Shown piece by piece: positions 1-13,800 of a stretch of DNA of 64,000 nt. The number at the start of each line of letters is the position of its first letter. Position 1 is the first letter of the stretch. The DNA is from Nemertoderma westbladi (Eukaryota; Animalia; Xenacoelomorpha): positions 124,001 to 188,000 of the forward strand of contig JAUCBJ010007955.1 of NCBI GenBank assembly GCA_032718475.1, written 5' to 3'. Under the pieces are notes generated by a model. The model did not search any database, had not been told where the DNA came from, and saw only the letters and a list, made by a program, of their open reading frames with translations. The translations under genes and the position numbers were made by a program.

Positions 1-3000
1 TTAATATCGGTTTGGGATTCAGCTCGTTCAGTCGGTCGGGGATCGATACGTCTTGTTTATTCATGCATTCGCTGCATTTGTAAAACAATTGTATATGCTG
101 AAACCCTTTGGCGTCTCCTCGTCCTCGCCTCAGGTCCTCCGGTAAAGATGCATCCCGTCAAATTGATCTCAGACGGCGGGTAGAGGTTCATCGTGTGACA
201 AATACATACTCTTGTGGTATAAGTGCGCTATCTCCTCATCAGGGTCGGCGCTAATATCGCACACGTCAAGGGCGAAGTCATAGGGATATCAAGTCCAATA
301 TTCTCGTTGTAACACCTCCATGCGCGCGGTCTCCCAATGCTCGCATTCTTTCTCTCCTCAATTCCTTATCGTAAGTGGGTTTATATTTCCCATTCAGCTC
401 CATCACCGATCTCTTGTGATAATAAATGTTTGAGTCTTTACACCCATGCCGGGTGAACGGTAACTCTGCCTCCTCCCTGGCGGTAAATCCTCTCCTCGGT
501 TCTGCTCGAATATCTTTATCTCCCATTACTTAATGCGCGTATTATATGTGTATATATATATTCCAATAGTCCGTTACATAAGCGAATTACACTGTGTGTG
601 AATCAGTTAGATAGTACGGCGGGATAGACTTCCCTAGCTACCTGGCCCGCCTTCTAGCAGTTCAGGTTCGGCTTTCTCGATCCCAGTCTCATTCTTAACT
701 ACCTTCTAACCTATTCCCATGCATAGCGCAAAAACTTCGGAGATAAACTGGCCATGACCAACTCACTTTTTGATGCCCAAACTACTCTCCAATACTTGTA
801 CTAGACTACAGTAGTTAGAAAGACATTAGTTAGGGCGCTCGAGTACACCAAACCTGCAGGTTTGATTATCGAACACCTCTCTCCACTGCGAACTACCGAG
901 TGGGGTCTGTGTACGCCTCTGGTGCTACTAACCTTTAGCACCTTGGTTGTTGTACTGTTGGTACCAATCTGTGGAAGTTACTGACTCAATTTACACTCCT
1001 ACATATAATAGCCGTAACCATGGTGTCTAGATACTATTTTCCAGGCTCTCGACTTTCAAATTACTGTACACCTATAGACAGGTCCTAGAAAGCGTCTATG
1101 TAGCGTTTGGAATTATCTGGGGTTCGCTTATAATTTTTAAAATTTTTAATTTTCCAAACATTTAGGAAAATTTTAATTTTGTTTTGATACCCAAGAGACA
1201 AATTCTCAACACAATTCACCACAAACCCGCTCCTATGCATTTCCGAGTATTTGCATATGAGGAATGCATACGAAGTGAATTTGCGCTCTGGCACTAATTT
1301 TGTTTTGAGGCAGAAGACAAATTATAGTCTCCTGTCTCGATGCGTGTTTCCTCTAGTAACACAATATCCCGGACCGGCCTGTCCAAGGTGTGTAAACCCT
1401 TAGTTTTACACTTCTTTTTGTTCGGACATTTGCACCTTATTTTGACAGTGACGATGCGTACTATATTTTGTATGTCCAGGTGTACGTGCAAGATTATGCC
1501 TGTTTCCCAATATTTTCTCTTTATCACTGGTTCGGTTATTAATACATAGTCTCCTCTTTGGAGGCTCCGAACTGTTTTGTACCATTTTGATCTGGTGGAT
1601 ACTGTGGGAAGGTAATATTCTCGCCAATATTCCCAGAATGTGTACGCTATAAACTGGGTTATTTTCCAGCGTTTTCGACTATATAGGTCGGCACTAATGG
1701 GTTCTGATGCCGGTACAAGAAATGCCGGACTCTGCATAAGCAGGTGATTCGGTGTCAATGCAACACCGTCGGGTAACATAGCTAACGGCCTCGAGTTTAG
1801 AGTATGCTCGATTTCGATAAAAGTTGTTACGAACTCATCGTCTGTTAGTTGTTTATTTACACGCAATGTTTTTGCGATGGCCTGTTTTATAGAGCGAACT
1901 AGACGCTCCCAACTTCCTCCTCTCCAGGGACTTTCTGGGGTATTAAACCTCCACTCGATCCTTTGCGGCAAAAGTGCTGCAGAGATTTCTTTGTTTTGTG
2001 CCACCCTATGAGCCGCGTTCAACTCACTATCATCCCCTCCGACAAAGTTAGTACCCTTGTCGGAGAAGAACGCCTTTACTAGTCCTCTCCTGGCCATGAA
2101 TCTCTTCAAAGCGAGGAGTAGAGATTTGGTTGACATGTCTGCCACACGTTCTATATGTACAGCCCTACTTGCCATACATATCAGTAGCAGGCCCCATCTC
2201 TTGTGGGTCAGCCGTCCACTCTTTGCCTCAATCGGACCAAAACAGTCCACCCCCATATTTGTGAAGGGTGGATCATATGCCTGCACTCTCGCTTCCGGGA
2301 GTTCAGCCATCTCCTGTTCCAATACTCTTGCATTCACTCTCTTGCAAACCAGACAGGCGTCGTACATAGTATCTACCGCCCTGCTTGGCTGCAACAGAAT
2401 GAATCGCTCGCTGTCTCACTGCCGAAAAACAGTGTAACCTTCCCGCGTGATGCAGCCTCTTATGTATATCCCACAGAATCGCTCTTTGCAATTCTATTGG
2501 GTGACTAGGGATTATCACTGGGAACCTAAACTGTGAGTTTATGTCGACAGTCTGGATTCTTGATCTATGACAAATCAAACCCTTATGTTTTAATGGACTC
2601 CATTTTTTGAGGGGTTTATAGAGAACTGGTCGTTGAGCCGATAACAGATAGAATTCTTTTGGGAAGGCACACATTTGATAATGCCTCAAATGCTTTAGTT
2701 CCGCTTGATCAATCTCATCCTCTGTCAGAGGTTGTTTCAATCTCCGAATTCGCTCACTATTAGTGCTCATTTGCTCTCCTAAATGCTTTGTATGTTTCAA
2801 ACAAAGGAATGAAACATATCGGCTTAACCAAGCGGTTCTTTTACAAATTGTCAGCCAAGAGGCGGACGAATTTAACAATTTGTCATAAATACTACGTGGC
2901 TCTAATGCCAGCGACGGTTGCCCACTGGCTAATGGAATCTTCGAATCCAAGGTTCCAACCCGCAGGTTTGGAAACCGAAGGCTCAGTCTTGGCGGTCATT

Positions 3001-6000
3001 TGCTGTCCGTCGCTTACTAATTGTGACCCTTGTGCAGTCGGTAAGGGTGGTTTTATGTCATAACTTACCCTTCCGGACCTTGTAGTCACATAAGTCTCTT
3101 GGTCTGACGGGCCGCTCCAATGACTCTTCAGGCCGCTCCAATGACTCTTCAGGCCACTCCAATGACTCGAGTTTCGCTTTCGATTTAGACTTGGAAACCT
3201 TCTCCACTTTGACCTCCCCATCTATCGGCATCGGATTGGTAATGATCTTCAGTCGCTCTGGCCAATGTTCCTGCATTAGAAAATCCGGTCCATGTAACCA
3301 AAACTCCTGGGAATCTTCTTGGCAGAATTCCGCCGGCATAGCACCTCTCGAAGTTATGTCAGCTGGGTTTAACACTCCCGGACAATGTCTCCATTGTTCC
3401 TTCGTCGAAAAGTCGACGATCTGGGCGCGTCTGTTGGCTAGAAATGTCTTTAGTGCAATATTGTCCGCTGCAATATACACTAACACTAAGGATGCCTCCG
3501 TCCAATAGAATAGTGTCAAGGTCGTGTCTAACTCCTCTATTATCTGTTTACTTACCTCGACCGATACTACTGCTGCCTGCGACTCTGCACGAGGGAGCGT
3601 CATGTATTTGACCGGCATTGTCTTTGATCTAGAAGTCACAAAGGCCATCTTAAACATATCTTGACTTACCTCTCGGCGAAGGTAGGCTACCATACCAAAG
3701 CCGGTGTCACTTGCGTCACTAAACAGGTGCAGTTCCAGATCAGCTGGGAATACCAGCTGATTCGGAAAGTAGGAGCGGGGTACATCCATATTTTTCAATA
3801 GATGCAACTCGGCTTCCCACTCTCTCCACTGCTTCGCATGTATAGGGGATATCGGCTTGTCCCACTCTAAGTCGGACAGCCAGATTTTCCTCATGCATAT
3901 CCGAGCCTGTAATATTACCGGACTGATAAAGTTCATTGGGTCGAATAGTCTACTCATAGTCGATAAGCAGATTCTCTTGGTCAAAGTCTTGTCTGGGCTA
4001 CTGGGTTCAAACCTAACTCTTACCTGGAATTTGTCCGTATTCAGATTCCAACTAAGTCCCAGTACTCGAGCCATGGGGATGGGTTCTACACCCAATTCAA
4101 TGTCTCCGCTCCCACGATCCTTCATAGGGAACGACTCCAATAAGGCCTCCGAGTTAGTGGTGAACTTGGTCAGTGGGAACCCTCCCGTTGCCAAGCACTC
4201 CTGTAGGCCATGAGCCACTTCTATGGCTTGTTCTACTGTGTCCGTGGACACCAATCCGTCATCCATGTAAAAGTTCCTCAGGATGGACTCAATTACATAT
4301 ACTGGATAATTACCAATCTGGGTTGTCGCCGTTTTCTTTAAGACAAACAGCGTGCCGTTGGGACTGTCGCGGGTGCCGAATATTTGGGGTACATTTGGTA
4401 CGTAACCACTGGGCCGGATAAGTCTTCATTCTCATACCAGAGAAATCGGAGACTATCCAGGTCCGCCTTGCAGGCTCTTACCTGGTGGAACATCGCCTCG
4501 ATGTTGCAAGTAAATGCAAATCGGCGCTGTCTAAAGCATAGCAGTATCCCTATTAGGTAATTGTTGAGATTGGAACCATCCATCAATTCTGAATTCAGGG
4601 ACATTCCTCTGTAGACTGCTGCGCAGTCATTGACTACTCAAACCTTATCTGGTTTGTCGGGGTGAGTCACATAGTGGTGCGGGAGGTAATAAGTCTGATC
4701 TGTTACTAACTCGGGGTTCTCTACCTTCCCAGCAAATCCCTTCGTTAAATAGTTGTTGATTTGGGCGCAATACTTCTCCCTAACGTCTTGATTCTTCAAC
4801 AACCGAGCTCTTGCTCCGTTCAATCTTTTCAGAGCCAAGTTGTAATTGTTCTCCAACTTAGGGGGTTGTCGACGCCACAACATTCCAACTTCAAAGTGTC
4901 CTGTCGGTAACAGGCATATGGTTTCTTCCATCATTTCCGGAGATTGTTTCTCGTCGGCGGACATGGTTAGGTCGTATCCACCTGGTTCTATCGCATCTTT
5001 ATCCAGCCATTCAACGGTTCTAGCTCCTGTCTCGAGGTCCTGGCGTATCAATTCCTTTTGCAACTCTTCTTTACTGAATTGGAAAATGTCGAGGTCTCGA
5101 TACTTCGCCACCTGACCCTCCACTATATTGGTATATGTCAAAACATTACTCAAATAAGTGGCTTGGGCCACTGAACCAGACCCATGGGTCTGATAACAGT
5201 AGTCCTCGGGTTCACTATCTGTCCGGACGTTATAAAGCGGTTCCGACAATCTAACATTATCGGGAGTCAAATCCTCGTCTGACTCGCTAAAGTCGCTATA
5301 GTGGTCAATACAGGTTCTCCTAAACTCGTCTACGTCTGGTGGTTCTACTAACGGTGGTTGCGTTATAGGTTGTAATTCATCGTGTCCATCCTTTGGCTTA
5401 TCGCCACCTGAAAACTTATAGGACGTGGGTACGCGTGTATACCAACCTAATATAGTCCTATGGGCATGTGGCCCATTTACATACGGCTCAGCTGGTCTCG
5501 TTTCCCATATTTGGTGCGCGATCAGCTGTTCCGCTCCAATCAACATAGACACATTCCTATAACCTACCTGATGTCTCGGTATTTTGAGCTTGTCAAAATA
5601 CTCCTGTGCTATGGGACTCATCGGTGGCACCTTACCTAACTGCCTGCCGAACCCTTTCATAGCTAGACACTTAAATCCATCCAACGGCAAAGCTCTCCGC
5701 TCTTGGCGAGTGTGCTCTTTTCTCGGGAGTAGGGAGTCTAGTTCTACGGAAATATTATGTCCCTTAACATCTCCTACCCCGTGCATGAATTTTAACTCTA
5801 TTTTTATCTCCTTAGCGTCCTGGAAGTTGCCTTCCTTGTTTGTTCTTCACTTTCTAAGTTTAGTCTCGCACTCTCTAATTGCGCCAACTTACGTTGTTCT
5901 GCTTCCCTTGCGAGTCTCGCTGCGCTTTCTTCTTCCAGTCGCACCTTTTCTTCGTATAATGCGCGTCGCTCTTTCTCGATCTCGAGTTCGCGTTCTTTGC

Positions 6001-6185
6001 GCTCACGTTCGAGTTGAAATTCTCATTTCTTCTGTTCGCGTTCTTTCGCTTCCCATTCGCGTTCAAGTTGGAGTTCGCGTTCCTTCCGCTTGTGTTCAAT
6101 TTGGAGTTCACGTTCCTTCTGTTCACATTCACGCTCAAGTTGGAGTTCGCGTTGTTCCTGTTCATGTTCGGCTTGCTCACGTTTA
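1..6185 (-). mobile_element. BEL/Pao LTR retrotransposon copy 1 (decayed, most of gag deleted; no LTR seen in window)
   Basis: Minus-strand ORFs in BEL order: coiled-coil gag remnant, post-protease region (AHRTILGW), RT (YYLPHHYV; YMDD near 4260-4270), Pao RNase H (LHLFSDAS, TLPRAE, NPADITSRG), integrase (HHAG/CLVC, GVDCFGP, SDKGTNF, SPWRGGSWERL, LTPNHLL). Confidence 0.93.
1294..5786 (-). pseudogene. pol: BEL/Pao pol (RT, RNase H, integrase) broken by frameshifts and stops
   Basis: Consecutive ORFs 4638-5786, 4338-4604, 3058-4266, 2303-2950 and 1294-2394 each carry successive Pao pol motifs in different frames. A 21-bp triplication lies at ~3112-3167. Confidence 0.92.
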
Positions 6186-6391
6186 CTTAAGAAACGATAA
6201 TTTCAACTCGAACGCGAGCGCAAAGAACGCGAACTCGAGATCGAGAAAGAGCGACACGCATTATACGAAGAAAAGGTGCGAGTGGAAGAAGAAAGCGCAG
6301 CGTGACTCGCAAGGGAAGCAGAACAACGTAAGTTGGCGCAATTAGAGAGTGCGAGACTAAACTTAGAAAGCGTAGAACGAACAAGGAAGGC
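5829..6391. repeat. ~193-bp inverted repeat (arms 5829-6021 and 6199-6391) made of gag coiled-coil sequence
   Basis: GCCTTCCTTGTTTG...CGTTCGAGTTGAAATT is the reverse complement of AATTTCAACTCGAACG...ACAAGGAAGGC. The same peptide appears in ORFs on both strands. Confidence 0.95.
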
Positions 6392-7322
6392 GAATGAAAT
6401 TGCCGAAAAGGGGATGCGAATGATCGAAGAATGTGGGGCGAGTGTAGGTACCGAATTGCGAGACCTGATCGCACAGCAGAAGGCTGAACAAGAGGCGAGA
6501 ACTCCAGTTATACGTGAGTCAACGGCGGCCAGAATTCCTATACAGTCTTGGTTTAGGAAAAATATTTTAATGCAAAACAGGACGAGCGACGAGCGCAACG
6601 AGGCATATAATGAAGACCAGTACTGCGTAGACTATATTCCTATAAACCATACCTGGCTTCGCCTATTGAAGGCATCGGTAGTTATAAAGATCATCCATCA
6701 GTCTGCGTTTAGGAAATATGTTTAAATACAAAACAGGACGAGCACAACGACGTTTATAATAATGAAGACGAGTACTGCCTACTGCGTTGAAGGCATCGGT
6801 AGTTATATATTACTGGTGGGTGGGGGGGGTGCAGAATAAAAGGGGTGAACACGTACTGTCCCCCTTTCTTTGATTGATTGGTGGTGTGGGTAAATTTCTC
6901 AAAAACCTGATTTTGTGATACAGTCGCTAAATTTTAATCTGAATCTGATAACTGAGCCTCGTCCTGCGCGATGGCCCCACGAACGTGTTTAACATGTACT
7001 ATATTCAATTATGGCGAAACGTCCAATAGAAGACAATAAAATGACCAAAGAAAATGGCGACAGTGTTCAGAACGCACACAGAGAGTGACTAAGTTTGCTT
7101 CAGTCGACTATAGTCAAGATGGATTAATGATTTATCACATCCTTGCAGGAGATAACTTCCAATATACTTTAATTCGATTTAAATGTGTAATTAATACTGT
7201 GTACCCTGTTAGTTAACTTATATTCGATATAATACATTAATAAAATGTATGAATGAGCTTCCATAAAATCCTTTCTTCACATACTGAACGCTGATAAGTT
7301 GACATAATGTAACAAAATTACA

Positions 7323-7652
7323 TACATCATTGTGTGCAAAGGTCACTTTTCAGCATTAAAGACCCTTGTTTATTTATGTAAACCTCACTCGCTGCGGTCG
7401 CTCGGTACATAAATAAACTCGGGTCATAACGCTGCAAAGTGCTACTTTGCACAAAAGCAAAAGCAAACAGTCGGCCCAAGCCGGAGGCGACCCGAAGGCT
7501 CCTCTTTCGATAGCTGCTACCCGAGGGTAGGGGTGGTCGCTACTCCTATCCCAAGATTTGCTCCCAGTTATTTAACTGGTACTCATTTTATCGACCCCAG
7601 TGGATGAAAGGCTGAGTGGACACTGAGTGGCTACTTTGCACACAATGATGTA
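7323..7652. mobile_element. Small palindromic (hairpin/MITE-like) element interrupted by a SINE
   Basis: Termini TACATCATTGTGTGCAAAG...CTTTGCACACAATGATGTA; inner arms GACCCTTGTTTATTTATGTA / TACATAAATAAACTCGGGTC. Confidence 0.8.
7454..7629 (-). mobile_element. 5'-truncated SINE with (TTTGC)n-type tail and 13-bp TSD
   Basis: TSD GCTACTTTGCACA at 7441-7453 and 7630-7642. Contains GGTACTCATTTTATCGACCCC...GGATGAAAGGCTGAGT, which I recall as a conserved metazoan SINE core (not verified). Confidence 0.8.
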
Positions 7653-7712
7653 AATAGTTAAATCATCCTTAAAGCCTATTTATTTGATAATTTGTTATTT
7701 CTATTTATTTAG

Positions 7713-7806
7713 GATACAAGGCAGCATACCTAATTGCAAACCTTCTGTGGGTAACAATAGGTATCCCTGACAATATGTTACTAATTGCAGCTTTAGCAAT
7801 GTACAG
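7713..7806 (+). CDS. GPCR exon, TM1 (YKAAYLIANLLWVTIGIPDNMLLIAALAMY)
   Basis: tttag|GA...AG|gtaat; phase-2 end joins the next exon to give MYRELRHKHN. Confidence 0.85.
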
Positions 7807-10800
7807 GTAATTTTGCATACATAAATTAATCTACACTATACTTGTGAAGCTAAGCCAGTTTGATATATTATTTTTCATTGAAATTGATTTTTTACGTATG
7901 GACTGTAGAAATAAGTGCTAAACGAAATAAATGTACAGATGATAGTGGCATAATTATTTATGGTAAAAGCCAATGGTTCAGAGAATGATGCCCTGTTGCT
8001 GGTAATGATGGCAATGGAGGAACATGTTCATTGGACATATTCCTAGTCCCAATATAAAAGTTTTAGAACGCCTCATGGACCAAACACTAGCCTCTACAGT
8101 CCTAGAGAGGAGAGAGGTCTGGGAGTGAGGAGGTGGACAACAGTAGCTTCTAAACTCCTGGAGAGAGGACTTGGAGTGAGGGGGTTGACAACAGTAGCTT
8201 TTACACTCGTAGAGGACTGGAAGTGAGGGGTTGACAACAGTAGCTTTTACACTCCTGGAGAGAGGACTTGGAGTGAGGGGGTTGACAACAGTAGGTTTTA
8301 CACTCCTGGAGGGAGGACTGGGAGTGAGGGGGTTGACAACAGTAGCATCTACACTCCTGGAGCGAGCTGGGAGTGAGGGGGTGGACTACAGGAGCCTGCA
8401 GATAGGACTGTGAGTGTGGGGGTTGACAACAGTAGCTTTTACACTCATGGAGAGAGAGGACTGGGAGTAAGAGGGTTGACAACAGTAGTCTACACTGCTG
8501 GAGAGAGGACTGGGTGTAAGGGGGTTGACAACAGTAGCTTCTACACTCCTGGAGAGAGGATTGGGTGTAAGAGGGTTGACAACAGTAGCCTCAAGACTCC
8601 TGGAGCGAGCTGGGAGTGAGGGGTGGACTACAGTAGCCTGGAGATAGGACTGGGAGTGAGGGGGTTGACAATGGTAGCTTCTACACTCCTGGAGAGAGGA
8701 GTGGGGGTGAGGGGGTTGACAACAGTAGTTACTACACTCCTGGAAAGAGGACTGGGAGTGAGGGGGTTAACAACAGTAGCTTTTACACTCCTGGAGAGAG
8801 GACTGGGTGTAAGGGGGTTGACAACAGTAGCTTCTACACTCCTGGAGAGAGGAGTGGGTGTAAGGGGGTTGACAACAGTAGATTCTACACTCCTGGAGAG
8901 AGGACTGGGAGTGAGGGGGTTGACAACAGTAGCTTCTACACTCCTGGAGAGAGGATTGGGTGTAAGGGGGTTGACAACAGTAGTCTACACTCCTGGAGAA
9001 AGGACTGGGTGTAAGGGGGTTGACAACAGTAGCTTCTACACTCCTGGAGAGAGGATAGGTTTAAGGGGGTTGACAACAGCAGTCTACACTCCTGGAGAGA
9101 GGACTGGGTGTATGGGGGTTGACAACAGTAGCTTCTACACTCCTGGAGAGAGGATTGGGTGTAAGGGGGTTGACAACAGTAGCTTCTACACTCCTGGAGA
9201 GAGGACTGGGAGTGAGGGGGTTGACAACAGTAGCTTCTACACTCCTGGAGATAGAGAGGACTGGGAGTGAGGGGATTGACAACAGTAGCTTTTACACTCC
9301 TGGAGAGAGGACTGGGAGTGAGGGGGTTGACAACAGTAGCTTCTACACTCCTGGAGAGAGGACTGGGAGTGAGGGGGTTGACAACAGTAGTTTCTACATT
9401 CCTGGAGATAGGACTGGGAGTGAGGGGGTTGACAACAGTAGCTTTTACACTCCTGGAGAGAGGACTGGGTGTAAGGGGGTTGACAACAGTAGCTTCTACA
9501 CTCCTGGAGAGAGGACTGGGGGTGAGGGGGTTGACAACAGTAGCTTCTACACTCCTGGAGAGAGGACTGGGAGTGAGGGGGTTGACAACAGTAGTTTCTA
9601 TCTTCCTGGAGATAGGACTGGGAGTGAGGTTGTTGACAACAGTAGCTTCTACACTCCTAGAGATAGAGAGGACTGGGAGTGAGGAGGTTGACAACAGTAG
9701 CTTCTACACTCCTGGAGATAGGACTGGGAGTGAGGGAGGTGACAACAGTAGCTTCTACACTCCTGGAGATAGGACTGGGAGTGAGGGCAGATCCAAGGCA
9801 GCATATTGTAGGCAGCATAGAGTAGTCTTGACTTAAATTAGTTTCATTCCATTGTTTCAGGAATACGTCAATAACAGAAAAGTTGAGGCAAAGAACAACA
9901 AAAAATATATTTTCAACAAATTGAATATTGTCGTGACAACTATATATGCACTGTATATTAATTGCACAAAACGTTTAAGTACTGTAGAAAAAAATAATTA
10001 AAAAAAGGCCAGTAGGTTTAATTACATAATCAATATGTGGGAAAACCACCACTACTTCAATGAGTGAATGATCTCAAACTGTCATCATGAGATTCAATTT
10101 ACCACTTTATTTGGTGGCATTATAGCTAATATTTGTTTTTTCAGAGAGCTCAGGCACAAACACAATGTCATACTTGCTAATTTGGCTGTGGCAGATTTGA
10201 TTGTGATTATCGTTGCCGGTGGAGGTGTAATCACTTCTGTTATATCGGATGGCGAAATCTACAACATGGAATTTTTTAAAGGGTGGTGGTGTGAAGTTGA
10301 TGCATGCATTTGTACTATCACCTGTCAGGTAATGCATTGAATGAATTAATAATATGGTGATCATCACTTTTTTCAAATCTTCCCTTTAAAGTACGAGGCG
10401 CCGGTAACATAGCTTGTATACAGTTTGTACTGTGTATACTGTTTATATAGTACTGTTTGTACTGTGTATACTGTTTATATAGTACTGTTTGTACTGTGTA
10501 TACTGTTTATATAGTACTTTTTGTACTGTGTATACTGTTTATATAGTACTGTTTGTACTGTGTATACTGTTTATATAGTACTGTTTGTACTGTGTATACT
10601 GTTTATATAGTACTTTTTGTACTGTGTATACTGTTTATATAGTACTTTTTGTACTGTGTATACTGTTTATACACAGTATAGACAGTTACACGGAGGCTGC
10701 AGCGCGCGTGGGGGAAACCCTACAGTGTTGTAATGGGCTGGGTCCGGACCCGAGTCTAACTCGCCATTATCCGTGGGGCTTCCCACTGCCTCCGTGGATC

Positions 10801-13800
10801 CCGGGTGAATTGGCGCAGCGGACTGGGCCTGGAGGACGGTGCAGGGCTGCCCTCATTTGCCTATTACTAGGCAACCGGCAACCGCCCCTTCACGTAATAA
10901 AACATTTTAAATACATCAAATACTAAATACTTGATTAACAAAGTATAGCTTTTAATTGTTTTGTGTTCTCGTCTCGTGCCTAATATTTGTTTTTTTCTAC
11001 TACATTTATCAGCCAATAAAAAGAGAGATCACAATAGTATACTGTTTATATAGTACTGTTTGTACTGTGTACACTGTTTATATAGTACTTTTTGTACTGT
11101 GTATACTGTTTATATAGTACTGTTTGTACTGTGTATACTTTTTATATAGTACTGTTTGTAGTGTGTTTACTGTTTATATATTACCTTTTTAACGGGGAAC
11201 TGTTTATATAGTACTTTTTGTACTGTGTATACTGTTTATATAGTACTTTTTGTACTGTGTATACTGTTAATATAGTACTATTTGTACTGTGTATGCTGTT
11301 TATATAGTACTTTTTGTACTGTGTATACTGTTTATATAGTACTTTTTGTACTGTGTATACTGTTTATATAGTACTTTTTGTACTGTGTATACTGTTTATA
11401 TAGTACTTTTTGTACTGTGTATACTGTTTATATAGTTCTGTTTGTACTGTGTATACTGTTTATATAGTACTGTTTGTACTGTGTACACTGTTTATATAGT
11501 ACTTTTTGTACTGTGTATACTGTATATATAGTACTGTTTGTACTGTGTATACTTTTTATATAGTACTGTTTGTAGTGTGTTTACTGTTTATATATTACTT
11601 TTTTAACGGGGGAACTGTTTATATAGTACTTTTTGTACTGTGTATACTGTTTATATAGTACTTTTTGTACTGTGTATACTGTTTATATAGTACTTCTTGT
11701 ACTGTGTATACTGTTAATATAGTACTTTTTGTACTGTGTATACTGTTTATATAGTACTTTTTGTACTGTGTATACTGTTTATATAGTACTTTTTGTACTG
11801 TGTATACTGTTTATATAGTATTTTTTGTACTGTGTATGCTGTTTATATAGAATTTTATTATTTTATTATTATTATTCCTTTGGTACCCATAGTGATTGCA
11901 CGAATGGGGAAGTCTCTACACAAGGTAGGGACTTATAATTAAGGAAATTATATGTAAAGGTGTCTACAGTATTTCACCGGTAACCAACAAAATTAAACAC
12001 TATATCATCGCTTAAGTACGCAACGATATTAGTAAATGTCTACATAGTACTGTTTGTACTGTGTATACTGTTTATACAGTACTGTTTGTACTGTGTATAC
12101 TGTTTATATAGTACTTTTTGTACTGTGTATACTGTTTATATAGTACTTTTGTACTGTGTATACTGTTCATATAGTACTGTTTGTACTGTGTATACTGTTT
12201 ATATAGTACCCTCGCACTGCCGGTTTCGGACTGTGGAACCCAGTGTCCGAGGCGGCCCACTCGTTCGACATATCGCGAGCTGGAACCCGGACTATCGTGC
12301 AGTCGCTATTGGGAGATCGGCAGTTCTCGCTCACGGACCACCGTAACTGTTTACAGCGAGCGCGGAAAGAAGGACGGGACCAACAGCTCGGAAGGGAGAA
12401 GGCCAGTCTGGAGGCTGTGCTGGACGAGATCCCACAGGCCCGCCGTCGGACGGTTGAGTGCGCCGTCAACTTCCGCTCCAGTGGGTGGATTTCCTCTATC
12501 CCGATAGCCGAACACCAACTTGATCTCTCCCCCATGGAGTTCCGGGATGCGCTGGCAAACCGGTACAGCTGCCCCCTGGCGGCAGTGCCGAGTCGGTGCG
12601 ATGGGTGCGGGGCCACAATCGATTTAAATCACGGTTTAAATTGTAAAAAAGGCGGCCTCGTAATCCAAAGACATAACGAGCTCCAGGATGTGGTCCGTGA
12701 TCGTGCGGCGCGCGCGTTCGGGCCCCGGAATGTCACCCTCGAGCCAGTGGTCCGCGAACAGCAGGGAGTAGATGGAGCAGCAGGCCTTCGGTGTGATGTC
12801 GGCGCTAAACCCTCATACCCAGGCGTTGATCGATATTCGGGTTGTAAACCTTGAAGCCGGGTCATATGAAAGGGTCGCCGTCGCACCCCAATGTCTGTCC
12901 TCGAGTCGGCCGAAGACCAGAAGAAGAGGCTGTACGGCTGTATATAGTACTGTTTGTACTGTGTATACTGTTTATATAGTACTTTTTGTACCGTGTAACT
13001 GTTTATATAGTACTTTTTGTACTGTGTATATTCTTTATATAGTACTGTTTGTACTGTGGATACTGTTTATATAGTAATGTTTGTACTCTGTATACTGTTT
13101 ATATAGTACTTTTTGTACTGTGTATACTGTTTATATAGTACTTTTTGTACTGTGTATACTGTTTATATAGTACTGAACTCAGAACTGACAATGCTGTAAA
13201 TGATGCTTACACAATAGAAGTTCAAAACCGCTTTGAAGCACTTCAGTCAATTGATGAAGACCAATCCACCGATTCAATATACCAGAATATAATAACAGCC
13301 CACAAGGAATCAGCTAAGAGGCATATCCCCCAGAAACCCAAACGAAAACAGTATGTGCCATGGCAAAACTCTGAGGTTACTTGTAAGAGAGAAGATCTTA
13401 AGATAGCCTATAAAGTTAAAACCGAACAACCAACAAACGAAAACATTAACAAGGTTGAGAAAGCTAAGAACGATCTTAAATTGGCCTACAACATCAGCCA
13501 GGAAAAGTACATACTGGATAAAACTGAAGCAATTACAATTGCTCACATACAGCAACAATCAAGAATTACCTGGCAAACTGTAAATGAGGTATCTGGTCGG
13601 AAAAGTTGTGCAAGGGGGCGCCTCAAAGCCGATAGTCCTGAAGAACGTGTTGGGAAGTGAAAAAATCACTTCAGCAACTTGCTTGGGCAGCCACCAAACA
13701 TCGAGGTCAGACCTACAAGGAAAATATATGACAAGACACTACCTATAGAAACAGGGGACTTCACACCTGCCGAACTCCAAAGAAGCATTAAAAGCATGTC

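Noticed and set aside
7011-7088. Start exon of the GPCR
   Set aside because: The ATG frame hits TGA and I found no convincing phase-1 donor.
8105-9836. Long repetitive ORFs on both strands
   Set aside because: By-products of a 51-bp minisatellite; frames shift at unit indels.
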